A DNA stretch of 32,000 nucleotides from Candidatus Iainarchaeum sp. (GTDB lineage: Archaea > Iainarchaeota > Iainarchaeia > Iainarchaeales > DTGL01). The notes beneath the pieces were generated by a model, which did not search any database, was not told the DNA's origin, and saw only the letters and a list, made by a program, of their open reading frames with translations. Below, piece by piece: positions 1 to 7,107 of the stretch. The stretch lies in the NCBI GenBank assembly GCA_038736825.1, contig JAVYME010000005.1, positions 6,570 to 38,569 on the forward strand. The letters are read 5' to 3'. A program made the translations under genes and the position numbers. Each line of letters begins with the position of its first letter. The first letter of the stretch is position 1.

Positions 1-1
1 C

Positions 2-205
2 GTGGAATATGAACCCGAACAGTTTCCAGGTGCAATTGTGAGGGTTTCAGACCCAAAAATAACACTGCTTTTGTTCAAAAACGGCAAAATAATTTGTGCT
101 GGTGCAAAAACCGAGGCATTGCTTCAAAAGGGCTTGAACAAGGCTGCAAAAATGATTCGCGGCATAAGCAAGGCAAAAAAGGGAAAAAAATCCGAGTTGA
201 TGTGA
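2..205 (+). CDS. tbp: TATA-box binding protein, C-terminal fragment (5' end outside window)
   Basis: The translation [38 protein letters not shown] matches the second TBP repeat (YEPEQFPG...LLIF.SGK.V.TGAK). The ORF runs off the left edge. Confidence 0.85.
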   Translation: MEYEPEQFPGAIVRVSDPKITLLLFKNGKIICAGAKTEALLQKGLNKAAKMIRGISKAKKGKKSELM

Positions 206-216
206 GTTTCCCAACC

Positions 217-224
217 TTTTTAAA
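217..224 (+). promoter_or_regulatory. TATA-like box upstream of 5S rRNA
   Basis: TTTTTAAA lies 26-33 nt upstream of the predicted mature 5S 5' end, which fits archaeal promoter spacing. Confidence 0.4.
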
Positions 225-249
225 GTTTTTCTTTCACTTTTATTATTGA

Positions 250-363
<114 letters not shown>

Positions 364-367
364 TCAC

Positions 368-390
368 CTTTTACTTTTTTCTTTTTTTTT
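368..390 (+). terminator. oligo-T termination tract after 5S rRNA
   Basis: Consecutive T runs (CTTTTACTTTTTTCTTTTTTTTT) start directly after the 5S 3' end. Archaeal RNAP terminates at oligo-T. Confidence 0.45.
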
Positions 391-475
391 AGTTTCTTTT
401 CCCAACCAATTTTTTTATTTTGCTTTTTTTTCTAACAGGCTTTTTTTTATTATCTTCACTTCAGAAAATAATTGA

Positions 476-859
476 ATGAAGCCAAAAAAGCATTTGTTGC
501 CGCCAAGAGCTCGCACTGAAAGAGCCAGAAAATGGAGAAGGATAAGAGAACTCGCTGAAGCCAAAAGACAGCGTGAAACAAAAAAATTCCACCATTCTTT
601 TCCGAAGGGCTCTAAAGCCAGAATTGGAGGCTGGATTTATGATGCAAACTCGCTTGAACGCCAGCTTGAAGCTTTAATTGAAAAAAACATTGCCCGTGCT
701 AAAATCCCCTTGCGCGGAAAAATGCTGGAGACTGTTTCAGAAAACGCAGTATCCGTCCTTCTCGGAGTTGAAGCATTAAAAGATTTCAGGAAATGGAAGG
801 AAACAACCGGAAAAACAAGTCTTAATGCATGGATTAAGGCAAGACTTGAAAGAAAATAA
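476..859 (+). CDS. hypothetical protein, highly basic N-terminus (orphan)
   Basis: 127-aa ORF with an ATG start and an AT-rich TATA-like tract (441-453) about 25 nt upstream. The N-terminal 40 aa are K/R-dominated (KPKKHLLPPRARTERARKWRRIRELAEAKRQRETKK). I recognise no domain. Confidence 0.55.
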   Translation: MKPKKHLLPPRARTERARKWRRIRELAEAKRQRETKKFHHSFPKGSKARIGGWIYDANSLERQLEALIEKNIARAKIPLRGKMLETVSENAVSVLLGVEALKDFRKWKETTGKTSLNAWIKARLERK

Positions 860-923
860 AAACCCTTTTTTCAATTTTTTTAAAACCAAAACAATTAAAT
901 AACTCCATTGCATTAATTATTGC

Positions 924-2342
924 ATGCCTTCAAGAGCGCCAACGCGCAAGCCCTTGCAAAAAAGAATTGGTTTCAATCAAGCGGCAAGGCAAGGAATTGT
1001 TTCTGGATTGCAAGCGCAAAGAGTTTTTGCAGCAAGAAAAGCCTTTAGAGTGAAAGCGCAAACAACAAGAGCTGCCTTGAATGCTGCCAGGGAAAAGACT
1101 CGTTCAAGGACAGCGCTCCAAAAAGCAAACCGCCTTACACCAAGCGAAAATCCTGCTTTTCAAGCAAGAGCAAACAAGCTTGAAAGGGAGAGAAGCGCCT
1201 TTCGAATAAGAGCGCAAAGGGAAAGGCTTGCAAGAGCAAAGCCTTTAACCAGAAAGCCTCAAACTGTCAGACCTGTTTTGCGCTTGAACCCTCCAAAAGA
1301 AAGACTTGAAAGGGCAAAAAATGGCTTGCGCAAAGTGTTTGCAGCAGGCTATAGGACAGTAAGGCCTGTTGCTGAAAGGGAAGCCGGAAGGCTTGCAGAG
1401 TCAGGTGCAAGGGCATTGAATGAAACGAGTGCAACAATCCATTATGCTTTCGGTGAAGGGATTTCTGCAACAGGGGATCTTGCAAGGCACACTGTTGGCA
1501 CTAGTGTTAGGGCTGCAAGCGAGGTTGGAAAGGCAACTGTTTCAACTGTTGGTGCAGTTGGCGCTGGAGTGGCTGGTTCTGCGGTTTCAGCTGCAGGCGA
1601 GATTGTTGGCGGAACTGCTGTTGGAGCAATCAATGCAGCAGGCAGTATTGCTGGCAGGACAGCCAATGCAGCAATTTCAACTGCTGGCAGTCTTATAGCC
1701 GAGGGCGCTGAGTACGGAATCGGGCTTGCAGGCAGAGGCATAAGGTTTGGAGCAAAGGCAACTGCAAAAACCGCAAGAGGCCTTTTCATTGTAATGCCAA
1801 GGGCTTTGGCAAAACGGGTTCTCCAGTATATTGGGGACAGGCGTGCTGTTTCAAGAATGGTTAACCCGAACCTCAAGGGAAAATGGCATCTTTATGTTCA
1901 ACAAAACCCTGTTCTTACAAGGGATGGCTTTGTCCAACACGTTATTTGGAGGGATTTCAAAGTAAGAGGCGGTGAAACTCACACAATGCAGGTTGCAGTG
2001 GAGTTTGGTTTCACTTCAAGCGGCAAGTTTACTGTTAGGTCTTATCCAATGCTTACCGGAAATGCTGATATTGATGCTTTAAACCAGCGCCTTTTCCAGA
2101 GAAAGTTCAGGGTTGTCCAAAAAGGAGTTAGATCCTTGACGCGCAGGCTTGGCGGGGCAAAAGGCATAGGCGAAATAAGGGAAATGGCTCTTTCAATGGA
2201 AGCCTTTCCAGAAAAGCCTTATGCAGAGCCTCCTTCAAAAGTGGTTGCTTCAAGGGAATTGGTTCCAGAGAACGCTGCCCTGTCTGAAGCAGAAATTTCC
2301 AGTGCTTTTGAAGAAGCAAGAGAAATCGGAGAGCCAGGCTAA
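924..2342 (+). CDS. hypothetical protein: Arg-rich N-terminal arm, Gly/Ala 15-residue repeat core, globular C-domain, acidic tail
   Basis: 472-aa ORF with an ATG start. A TATA-like CAATTAAATAA (892-902) sits 22-32 nt upstream, suggesting a leaderless transcript. It is the longest ORF over this span. The shadow ORFs in other frames are explained by GCN/GGN-rich codons. I recognise no family. Confidence 0.7.
   Translation: MPSRAPTRKPLQKRIGFNQAARQGIVSGLQAQRVFAARKAFRVKAQTTRAALNAAREKTRSRTALQKANRLTPSENPAFQARANKLERERSAFRIRAQRERLARAKPLTRKPQTVRPVLRLNPPKERLERAKNGLRKVFAAGYRTVRPVAEREAGRLAESGARALNETSATIHYAFGEGISATGDLARHTVGTSVRAASEVGKATVSTVGAVGAGVAGSAVSAAGEIVGGTAVGAINAAGSIAGRTANAAISTAGSLIAEGAEYGIGLAGRGIRFGAKATAKTARGLFIVMPRALAKRVLQYIGDRRAVSRMVNPNLKGKWHLYVQQNPVLTRDGFVQHVIWRDFKVRGGETHTMQVAVEFGFTSSGKFTVRSYPMLTGNADIDALNQRLFQRKFRVVQKGVRSLTRRLGGAKGIGEIREMALSMEAFPEKPYAEPPSKVVASRELVPENAALSEAEISSAFEEAREIGEPG
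1542..1766 (+). repeat. five tandem degenerate 45-nt (15-residue) repeats inside CDS 924-2342
   Basis: The units are STVGAVGAGVAGSAV / SAAGEIVGGTAVGAI / NAAGSIAGRTANAAI / STAGSLIAEGAEYGI / GLAGRGIRFGAKATA. Conserved positions are x-x-A/V-G at the start and A-x-x-A/G-I at the end. Confidence 0.75.
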
Positions 2343-2400
2343 AACTCTAAGAACACTTTTTTTCAAAAAGCAAAGCAATTAAATTTCTTCACAGCATTGT

Positions 2401-2736
2401 TTGCTTGTGCTTGAAAGGTTTTTTGAAAGCAAGCCCAGTGCTGGAATCAAAGGCTTAAAGTTTTCCTTGGAATCAAAGCCTTCCGGCAAACGCATTCACT
2501 CAAAAAAGGCTGTTTTTCGCAAGCAGTTTTGCAATTCCAAAAAAGTTAAAGTAAAACTTTTGCACTCGCGCGTGATTGCAAGAAAGCCTTCAAGTGAAGA
2601 AAAAGAAAAAAGCGCAAGAATAGCAAAAAACCTTGAAATGCTTGCATTTAAGACCTCTTCAATGGAACCACAGCGTGAGCCCAGTGAACCCGTAAAAGTA
2701 ATAAAAAAAATCTTGGCTGAAAAGCCCAAAGACTAA
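2401..2736 (+). CDS. hypothetical basic protein (doubtful; non-ATG start)
   Basis: 111-aa ORF that can only start at TTG/GTG, because the first in-frame ATG lies in the last third. It is Lys-rich and has no recognisable domain. A TATA-like CAATTAAATTT at about 2384-2394 would put the TSS near or after the annotated TTG. Confidence 0.3.
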   Translation: MLVLERFFESKPSAGIKGLKFSLESKPSGKRIHSKKAVFRKQFCNSKKVKVKLLHSRVIARKPSSEEKEKSARIAKNLEMLAFKTSSMEPQREPSEPVKVIKKILAEKPKD

Positions 2737-2810
2737 AACAGCACAACAACAAACCAATTTAAACCTTTAATTGCAATTCTTACTGTTTTATTTTTCGGGG
2801 GGCTTTTTTA

Positions 2811-4340
2811 ATGAAAGGAATTGAAATAAACGGTTCAAGCCTTACTGTTGAAAAGCTTGCAATGATTGCAAGGTTCAAGGAAAAAATCTTTGTTTCAAGG
2901 GAAACACTCGCTCGCTTGGATGAAAACTGGAAAATGCTCAACGAATTGATTGAAAAAGGCGAAACCATTTACGGAGTCAACACTGGCTTTGGCGGCTTTG
3001 GGGACAAAATAATTTCAAAGGAACTGGGTGCAGAAATCTCCAAGCGCACCACTCGCTCTCATGCAGCCGGCGTAATGAATCCATTGCCGGAAGAAATAGT
3101 TCGCGCTGCAATGGCTTGCAGAATCAACACTCTTGCAAAAGGCTGCAGTGGGATTCGCTCAACCACTTTGCAGACAATGATTGAAATGTTGAACAAAAAT
3201 GTTGTGCCAGTAGTGTACGAAAAAGGCTCGCTTGGAGCTTCAGGGGACTTGGCTCCACTTGCAATGATGGCTTTAGTGGTAATGGGTGAAGGAGAAGCAT
3301 TCTATAAAGGCAAAAGAATGCCTGGCGCGAAAGCAATGAAAGCCGCAGGAATAAAACCAATAGACATGCGAAGACGCGAAGGACTGGCATTGTTCAATGG
3401 CTCACAGTTAATGACTGGAATTGGCGCTCTAGCAGTATATGATGCAGGCATCCTCTTAAAGACAGCTGACATTTCCGCATCAATGAGCATTGATGTCCTG
3501 AAAACAGTAATGAAGGCTTTTGACGAAAGACTTCACGCCCTGAGGCCTTTCAAGGGCCAAAACGATGTTGCTGCAAACATTCGCGCTCTCACTGCTGAAA
3601 GCGAAATCTTGGCGCAAAAGGGAAAGGGAACCCAAAGCGCTTACTCTTTAAGGTGCACTCCACAAGTTCATGGCGCTTCAAGAGACGCTTTAGAGTATGC
3701 GAAAAAAATTGTTGAAATTGAAATGAATTCTGTTGCAGACAACCCTATTTTCATTACAAAGGACAAGGCTTTTTTGACTGGCGGAAATTTTCACGGCCAG
3801 CCTGTTGCAATTGCAATGGATTTGCTTGGAATTGCAATTGCAGAAATTGCCAACATTTCAGAGCGCAGAATTAACCGGATGACTTCGCCTCACTTGAATG
3901 CTGGCTTGCCTGGGTTTCTTGTCATTGGCGAGGAAGGGCTTGATTCTGGCTTGATGATGATTCATTATAGTGCTGCATCGCTTGTTTCAGAGAACAAGGT
4001 TTTGGCGCACCCAGCAAGCGTTGACAGCATTCCGGTTTCAGGCGACCAAGAAGACCATGTTTCCATGGGCACAATTGCTGCAAGAAAGTGCAGGGAAATA
4101 ATCAACAATGCTTGGGGTGTGCTCACAATAGAATTAATGTGTGCAGCGCAAGCCCTTGACATTAGAAGGCCTTTAAGGGGCGGCATTGGAACAGAAGCAG
4201 CATATCGGGAGATAAGGAAGCATATAGGCAAATACTCTGACAGCAGTGATGCTGTGTATTCTTATTTTGATAAATTGTTTCCAGCAGTGGTTAATGGAGA
4301 GATTTTGCAGGCAGTGGAAAGAAAATTAAAACTCAAGTGA
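2811..4340 (+). CDS. hutH: histidine ammonia-lyase (MIO-dependent aromatic amino acid lyase family)
   Basis: Carries the MIO-forming signature GSLGASGDLAPLA and the substrate-selectivity motif RSHAAGV (the Ser-His pair typical of HAL rather than PAL or TAL). Length is 509 aa. A GGGGGG SD-like run lies at 2797-2802. Confidence 0.88.
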   Translation: MKGIEINGSSLTVEKLAMIARFKEKIFVSRETLARLDENWKMLNELIEKGETIYGVNTGFGGFGDKIISKELGAEISKRTTRSHAAGVMNPLPEEIVRAAMACRINTLAKGCSGIRSTTLQTMIEMLNKNVVPVVYEKGSLGASGDLAPLAMMALVVMGEGEAFYKGKRMPGAKAMKAAGIKPIDMRRREGLALFNGSQLMTGIGALAVYDAGILLKTADISASMSIDVLKTVMKAFDERLHALRPFKGQNDVAANIRALTAESEILAQKGKGTQSAYSLRCTPQVHGASRDALEYAKKIVEIEMNSVADNPIFITKDKAFLTGGNFHGQPVAIAMDLLGIAIAEIANISERRINRMTSPHLNAGLPGFLVIGEEGLDSGLMMIHYSAASLVSENKVLAHPASVDSIPVSGDQEDHVSMGTIAARKCREIINNAWGVLTIELMCAAQALDIRRPLRGGIGTEAAYREIRKHIGKYSDSSDAVYSYFDKLFPAVVNGEILQAVERKLKLK

Positions 4341-4435
4341 TTTTTTGCTTTAATTTTTTTTATTTAAGGCGTTTTTGTTTCAGTGGCGTGGTTTTTTGCA
4401 ATTATGCTTTAATTAACTTTTTTTCCAATTCTTGC

Positions 4436-4939
4436 ATGCGTTTTTTCAAGGCAAAGCTTGAAAGGCATGCTGCTGGCAAGGGTTTGTTCCGGAAAGAGAC
4501 TGCCTCTTTTTTGTTTTTGCGCAAGTGCAAGAAAATTCCAAGGCAGGTTTTCCTTGGCTTTGGATGGCGTTATGTTTTGCCACAAGAAATGGGTTCAAGA
4601 AAAATATTGCTTGACGCTAAACGCAAGGGAAAACCTGTTCACTTGTTTCAAAAAGGGGTTGTTGTAAAAGACAGTGTTTTTGGGGAAATAAAGGTGAATT
4701 TGTTGGCTGGAGTGCTTTTTGAAAGGAAGGCTTCTGGAGTGCAGGCAAGCGTTTTTTTTGTTGAACCAAGACAGGTGCTAAAAGATGGCTTTGCTGGATT
4801 TCCTGGAAGGACAAGTTCTTTGCAGAGGACAGCTCTTTGGCAGGAAAGGGAAAGCATCAAGGAAGCGGTTTTTTCTATTGCAAGAGCGCTTGGATTCAAG
4901 GATGCTGAAAAAATCAGTGTTTCTATTGTTCCAAGGTAA
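4436..4939 (+). CDS. hypothetical protein; C-terminal part resembles the first half of a Lon/S16 (ribosomal S5 domain-2-like) fold without the catalytic Ser segment
   Basis: This is the only long ORF in a 600-bp gap. The start is uncertain (ATG at 4436 or 4589). The tail ...WQERESIKEAVFSIARALGFKDAEKISVSIVPR* resembles by eye the Lon protease segment ..vm.ES...A...vr.....LG........dIhvhvP. The ORF stops before the expected PKDGPSAG. Confidence 0.35.
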   Translation: MRFFKAKLERHAAGKGLFRKETASFLFLRKCKKIPRQVFLGFGWRYVLPQEMGSRKILLDAKRKGKPVHLFQKGVVVKDSVFGEIKVNLLAGVLFERKASGVQASVFFVEPRQVLKDGFAGFPGRTSSLQRTALWQERESIKEAVFSIARALGFKDAEKISVSIVPR

Positions 4940-4941
4940 AT

Positions 4942-5577
4942 TTATTTGAAAACAAAGCCTGTTTCTTTGGCCCACAATGCCAAGTCAAGTTCTTCTGGTT
5001 TTATTTTTTGCTTTTTGCAAAAGGCAAGCATTTTTTGCTCTATTTCCAGGTATTGTTTTTTTCCCATGCTTTTTGGAATTTTGCTGATTGCCCCCAAAGA
5101 TTTGAGGTTTTTCAAAATGTGTCTGTCAAGAATTGCAATGTTTTCGTAAAAGCCTATGTTTCGCAGGAAATGGCTTGCTTCCTTTAAGCCCATGCCTTTG
5201 ATGTTTTCTGCAAGCCAGTTCCTTGTGTGCAAGTGTTTTTGTTCAATGCGGTTTTCTTTCAGTATTTTTTTTATTTCCAGTTTTCCGTTTCTTTCAAAGA
5301 AGGTTCTTGCCATTGCAATGTATTTGCTTTTGTTGTTGTGGAACCTCACCCTGCGGTGCAAGCATTTTTTGAGTTCTGCTTTGTTTTGAAAGCATTTCTT
5401 TTTTTTGGCAATTTCAATTGCTTCTGCACACTTTAAGGCATTGCTTTGTGGAGTGCACAGGCAGAAGGCAAGCTCTTCAAAGATTGCTTCATCTGGTTCT
5501 TTCCATTTTGACTTGAATTCTGAAAGCCTTTTCCTTATCTCTGCTTTTTTGCTTGTGCCCGAAAAAAGGTTTTCCAT
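4942..5577 (-). CDS. ogg: 8-oxoguanine DNA glycosylase / N-glycosylase-DNA lyase, archaeal Ogg2 type (HhH-GPD)
   Basis: Contains the HhH-GPD motif IKGMGLKEASHFLRNIGFYENIAILDRHIL with a catalytic Lys and Asp. I placed the start at the internal ATG (MENLFSG...), which gives 211 aa. The upstream 45 codons of the tracked ORF look non-coding. Confidence 0.8.
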   Translation of the reverse strand: MENLFSGTSKKAEIRKRLSEFKSKWKEPDEAIFEELAFCLCTPQSNALKCAEAIEIAKKKKCFQNKAELKKCLHRRVRFHNNKSKYIAMARTFFERNGKLEIKKILKENRIEQKHLHTRNWLAENIKGMGLKEASHFLRNIGFYENIAILDRHILKNLKSLGAISKIPKSMGKKQYLEIEQKMLAFCKKQKIKPEELDLALWAKETGFVFK

Positions 5578-5600
5578 GAAAAAAAGAGCGATGGAAGCCT

Positions 5601-5610
5601 TTTTAATAAT
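5601..5610. promoter_or_regulatory. shared AT-rich TATA element between divergent ogg and arsR-iscSU
   Basis: TTTTAATAAT is centred about 1.5 nt from the midpoint between the ogg ATG (5577, minus strand) and the regulator ATG (5631, plus strand). It lies 20-24 nt from each start, which suggests leaderless transcripts in both directions. Confidence 0.4.
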
Positions 5611-5630
5611 ATGTGAAAAATATTTCACAT
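5611..5630. promoter_or_regulatory. perfect 8-4-8 inverted repeat, candidate ArsR-family operator
   Basis: ATGTGAAA-AATA-TTTCACAT lies directly between the TATA element and the ATG of the ArsR-type regulator. Confidence 0.5.
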
Positions 5631-5948
5631 ATGGCTGTTGTGCAAAAATGCTTTTCGGTTTTGGGCAATGACTTGAGAATGGAAATACTCCTTGCCTTGG
5701 AGCGAAAGCCAATGACTGTCAGCGAGCTTTCCGAAAAACTCGGAGCAGAGCGCTCCAATGTATCGCATTCCCTTTCAATGCTCAAAAAATGCCGCTTTAT
5801 AAGAGCTGAAAAAAAAGGCAGGGAAAGGGTTTATTTTTTGGAGAAATGCGTTTTGAACGATTTAAAGCGAAAGGCAAACCTGATAGAATTAATGGAATTC
5901 CATGTCAAACACCATTGCGGAAAAAAGTGCGGAGGGAGTGAAAAATGA
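5631..5948 (+). CDS. ArsR/SmtB-family winged-helix transcriptional regulator
   Basis: LGNDLRMEILLALERKPMTVSELSEKLGAERSNVSHSLSMLKKCRFIRAEKKGRERVYF has the typical ArsR HTH layout. An alternative GTG start at 5613 lies inside the palindrome. The stop overlaps the iscS start (ATGA). Confidence 0.75.
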   Translation: MAVVQKCFSVLGNDLRMEILLALERKPMTVSELSEKLGAERSNVSHSLSMLKKCRFIRAEKKGRERVYFLEKCVLNDLKRKANLIELMEFHVKHHCGKKCGGSEK

Positions 5949-7093
5949 AGATTTACTTGGACAATGCTGCAACAACCAAAATGCGAAAAGAAGTCCTTGC
6001 AGAAATGCTGCCCTTTTTTTGCAAAAAATACGGAAACGCCTCCTCTCTCCACAATTTAGGGATTGAGGCAAGAGAAGCAATTGAAAAAGCAAGGGACAAG
6101 ACTGCAAGATTGCTTGGCGTTAAATCAAGCGAAGTTTTTTTCACTTCTGGTGCAACAGAGGCTGACAACTTAGCACTCAAAGGAACTGCATTTGCTGCAA
6201 AAAAAGAAGGCAAAAACCAAGTGGTTGTATCAGCAATAGAGCATGATGCAGTTTTAAGCACTGCACAATGGCTTGAATCACAAGGATTTAAAATAATAAG
6301 ACTGCCTGTTGACAGCTTTGGCTTTGTCAGCCCAGAAAAACTTGCATCCGCTTTAAACGAGAAAACTGCAATTGTTTCAATAATGTATGCAAACAATGAA
6401 ATCGGAACAATAGAACCAATAAAAGAATTGGCAAAAATTTGCGCTGAAAAAAACACTCCATTCCATACAGACGCAGTGCAAGCCTTTGGAAAAATCCCAT
6501 TAGAGCTTGAAAATGTTTCAATGCTTTCGCTTTCAGCCCACAAAATTTATGGCCCGAAAGGCACAGGCTTGCTGGTTAAAAGGGAAGGAATTGAAATTGA
6601 ACCAATTTTGCACGGCGGAGGCCATGAACGAGGCTTAAGAAGCGGAACTGAAAATGTTGCAGGCATTGTTGGAATGGGAAAAGCCTTGGAGCTTGCATTC
6701 AAAGAAATGAAAACCGAAAGCAAGAGACAGGAAAAAATGAGGGACAAGCTAATCAAAGGGGTTTTGGAAATCCCGGACACGCGCTTAAACGGGCATCCAA
6801 AAAAAAGACTGCCCAACAATGCAAATTTTTCCTTTTCCTTCATAGAAGGCGAATCCATTGTATTGAGGCTAGCGGAAAAAGGAATTGCTGCAAGCACTGG
6901 CTCTGCTTGCTCTTCCCCAAAACTTGAACCAAGCCATGTACTGCTAGCCATTGGACTGGCTCCATCTGAAGCACATGGCTCGCTCAGGCTTTCACTGGGA
7001 AGATACAATACTGTTAAAGAAATAGATTTCACTTTAAAGGTATTGCCAGGCATAGTGCGCGACCTTAGAAAAATAAGCCCTTTTGGAAGATAA
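5945..7093 (+). CDS. iscS: cysteine desulfurase (IscS/NifS type, PLP-dependent)
   Basis: Has the PLP-lysine motif SAHKIYGPKGTG and the active-site loop STGSACSS. The N-terminus IYLDNAATT is typical. Length is 382 aa. Confidence 0.9.
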   Translation: MKIYLDNAATTKMRKEVLAEMLPFFCKKYGNASSLHNLGIEAREAIEKARDKTARLLGVKSSEVFFTSGATEADNLALKGTAFAAKKEGKNQVVVSAIEHDAVLSTAQWLESQGFKIIRLPVDSFGFVSPEKLASALNEKTAIVSIMYANNEIGTIEPIKELAKICAEKNTPFHTDAVQAFGKIPLELENVSMLSLSAHKIYGPKGTGLLVKREGIEIEPILHGGGHERGLRSGTENVAGIVGMGKALELAFKEMKTESKRQEKMRDKLIKGVLEIPDTRLNGHPKKRLPNNANFSFSFIEGESIVLRLAEKGIAASTGSACSSPKLEPSHVLLAIGLAPSEAHGSLRLSLGRYNTVKEIDFTLKVLPGIVRDLRKISPFGR

Positions 7094-7107
7094 GGAGAGT
7101 GAAAAAA

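Noticed and set aside
1449-1781. Gly/Ala repeat as a diversity-generating retroelement target (variable repeat)
   Set aside because: There is no reverse transcriptase gene and no second near-identical template repeat anywhere in the window. The repeats are tandem and diverged at all base types, not just at adenines.
1267-1876. Overlapping ORFs in other frames (1420-1698 plus strand; 1442-1876 and 1267-1485 minus strand) within the 472-aa gene
   Set aside because: They stay open because of the stop-poor GCN/GGN repeat composition. The 472-aa frame is the only one continuous across the whole region and shows a clean 15-residue repeat register.
2343-2810. Region 2401-2736 as a structured ncRNA (SRP RNA or RNase P RNA) instead of a doubtful TTG-start ORF
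   Set aside because: I could not find the conserved SRP helix-8 motif or the RNase P CR-I/CR-V motifs (for example GAGGAAAGTCC). I left it as a low-confidence CDS.
4344-4356. Shared 13-mer TTTTTTGCTTTAA after hutH (4344-4356) and after mscS (about 14386-14398) as a dispersed repeat
   Set aside because: It is a low-complexity T-rich sequence in terminator regions and too short to distinguish from chance in an AT-rich genome.
4340-4590. Possible tRNA or other small RNA in the T-rich gap after hutH
   Set aside because: There is no T-loop consensus (GTTCRANYC) and no cloverleaf-compatible arms, only short 6-bp palindromes (TTCAAG/CTTGAA, CCAAGG/CCTTGG). A scan of the other intergenic gaps likewise found no tRNA-like T-arms.
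5578-5712. N-terminal 45-codon extension of the ogg ORF (and similar extensions at 12770-12940, 20156-20176, 30807-30914)
   Set aside because: The extensions lack sequence-family features, overlap neighbouring genes or promoters, and are followed by an ATG with a proper SD or TATA spacing. I chose the shorter gene models.
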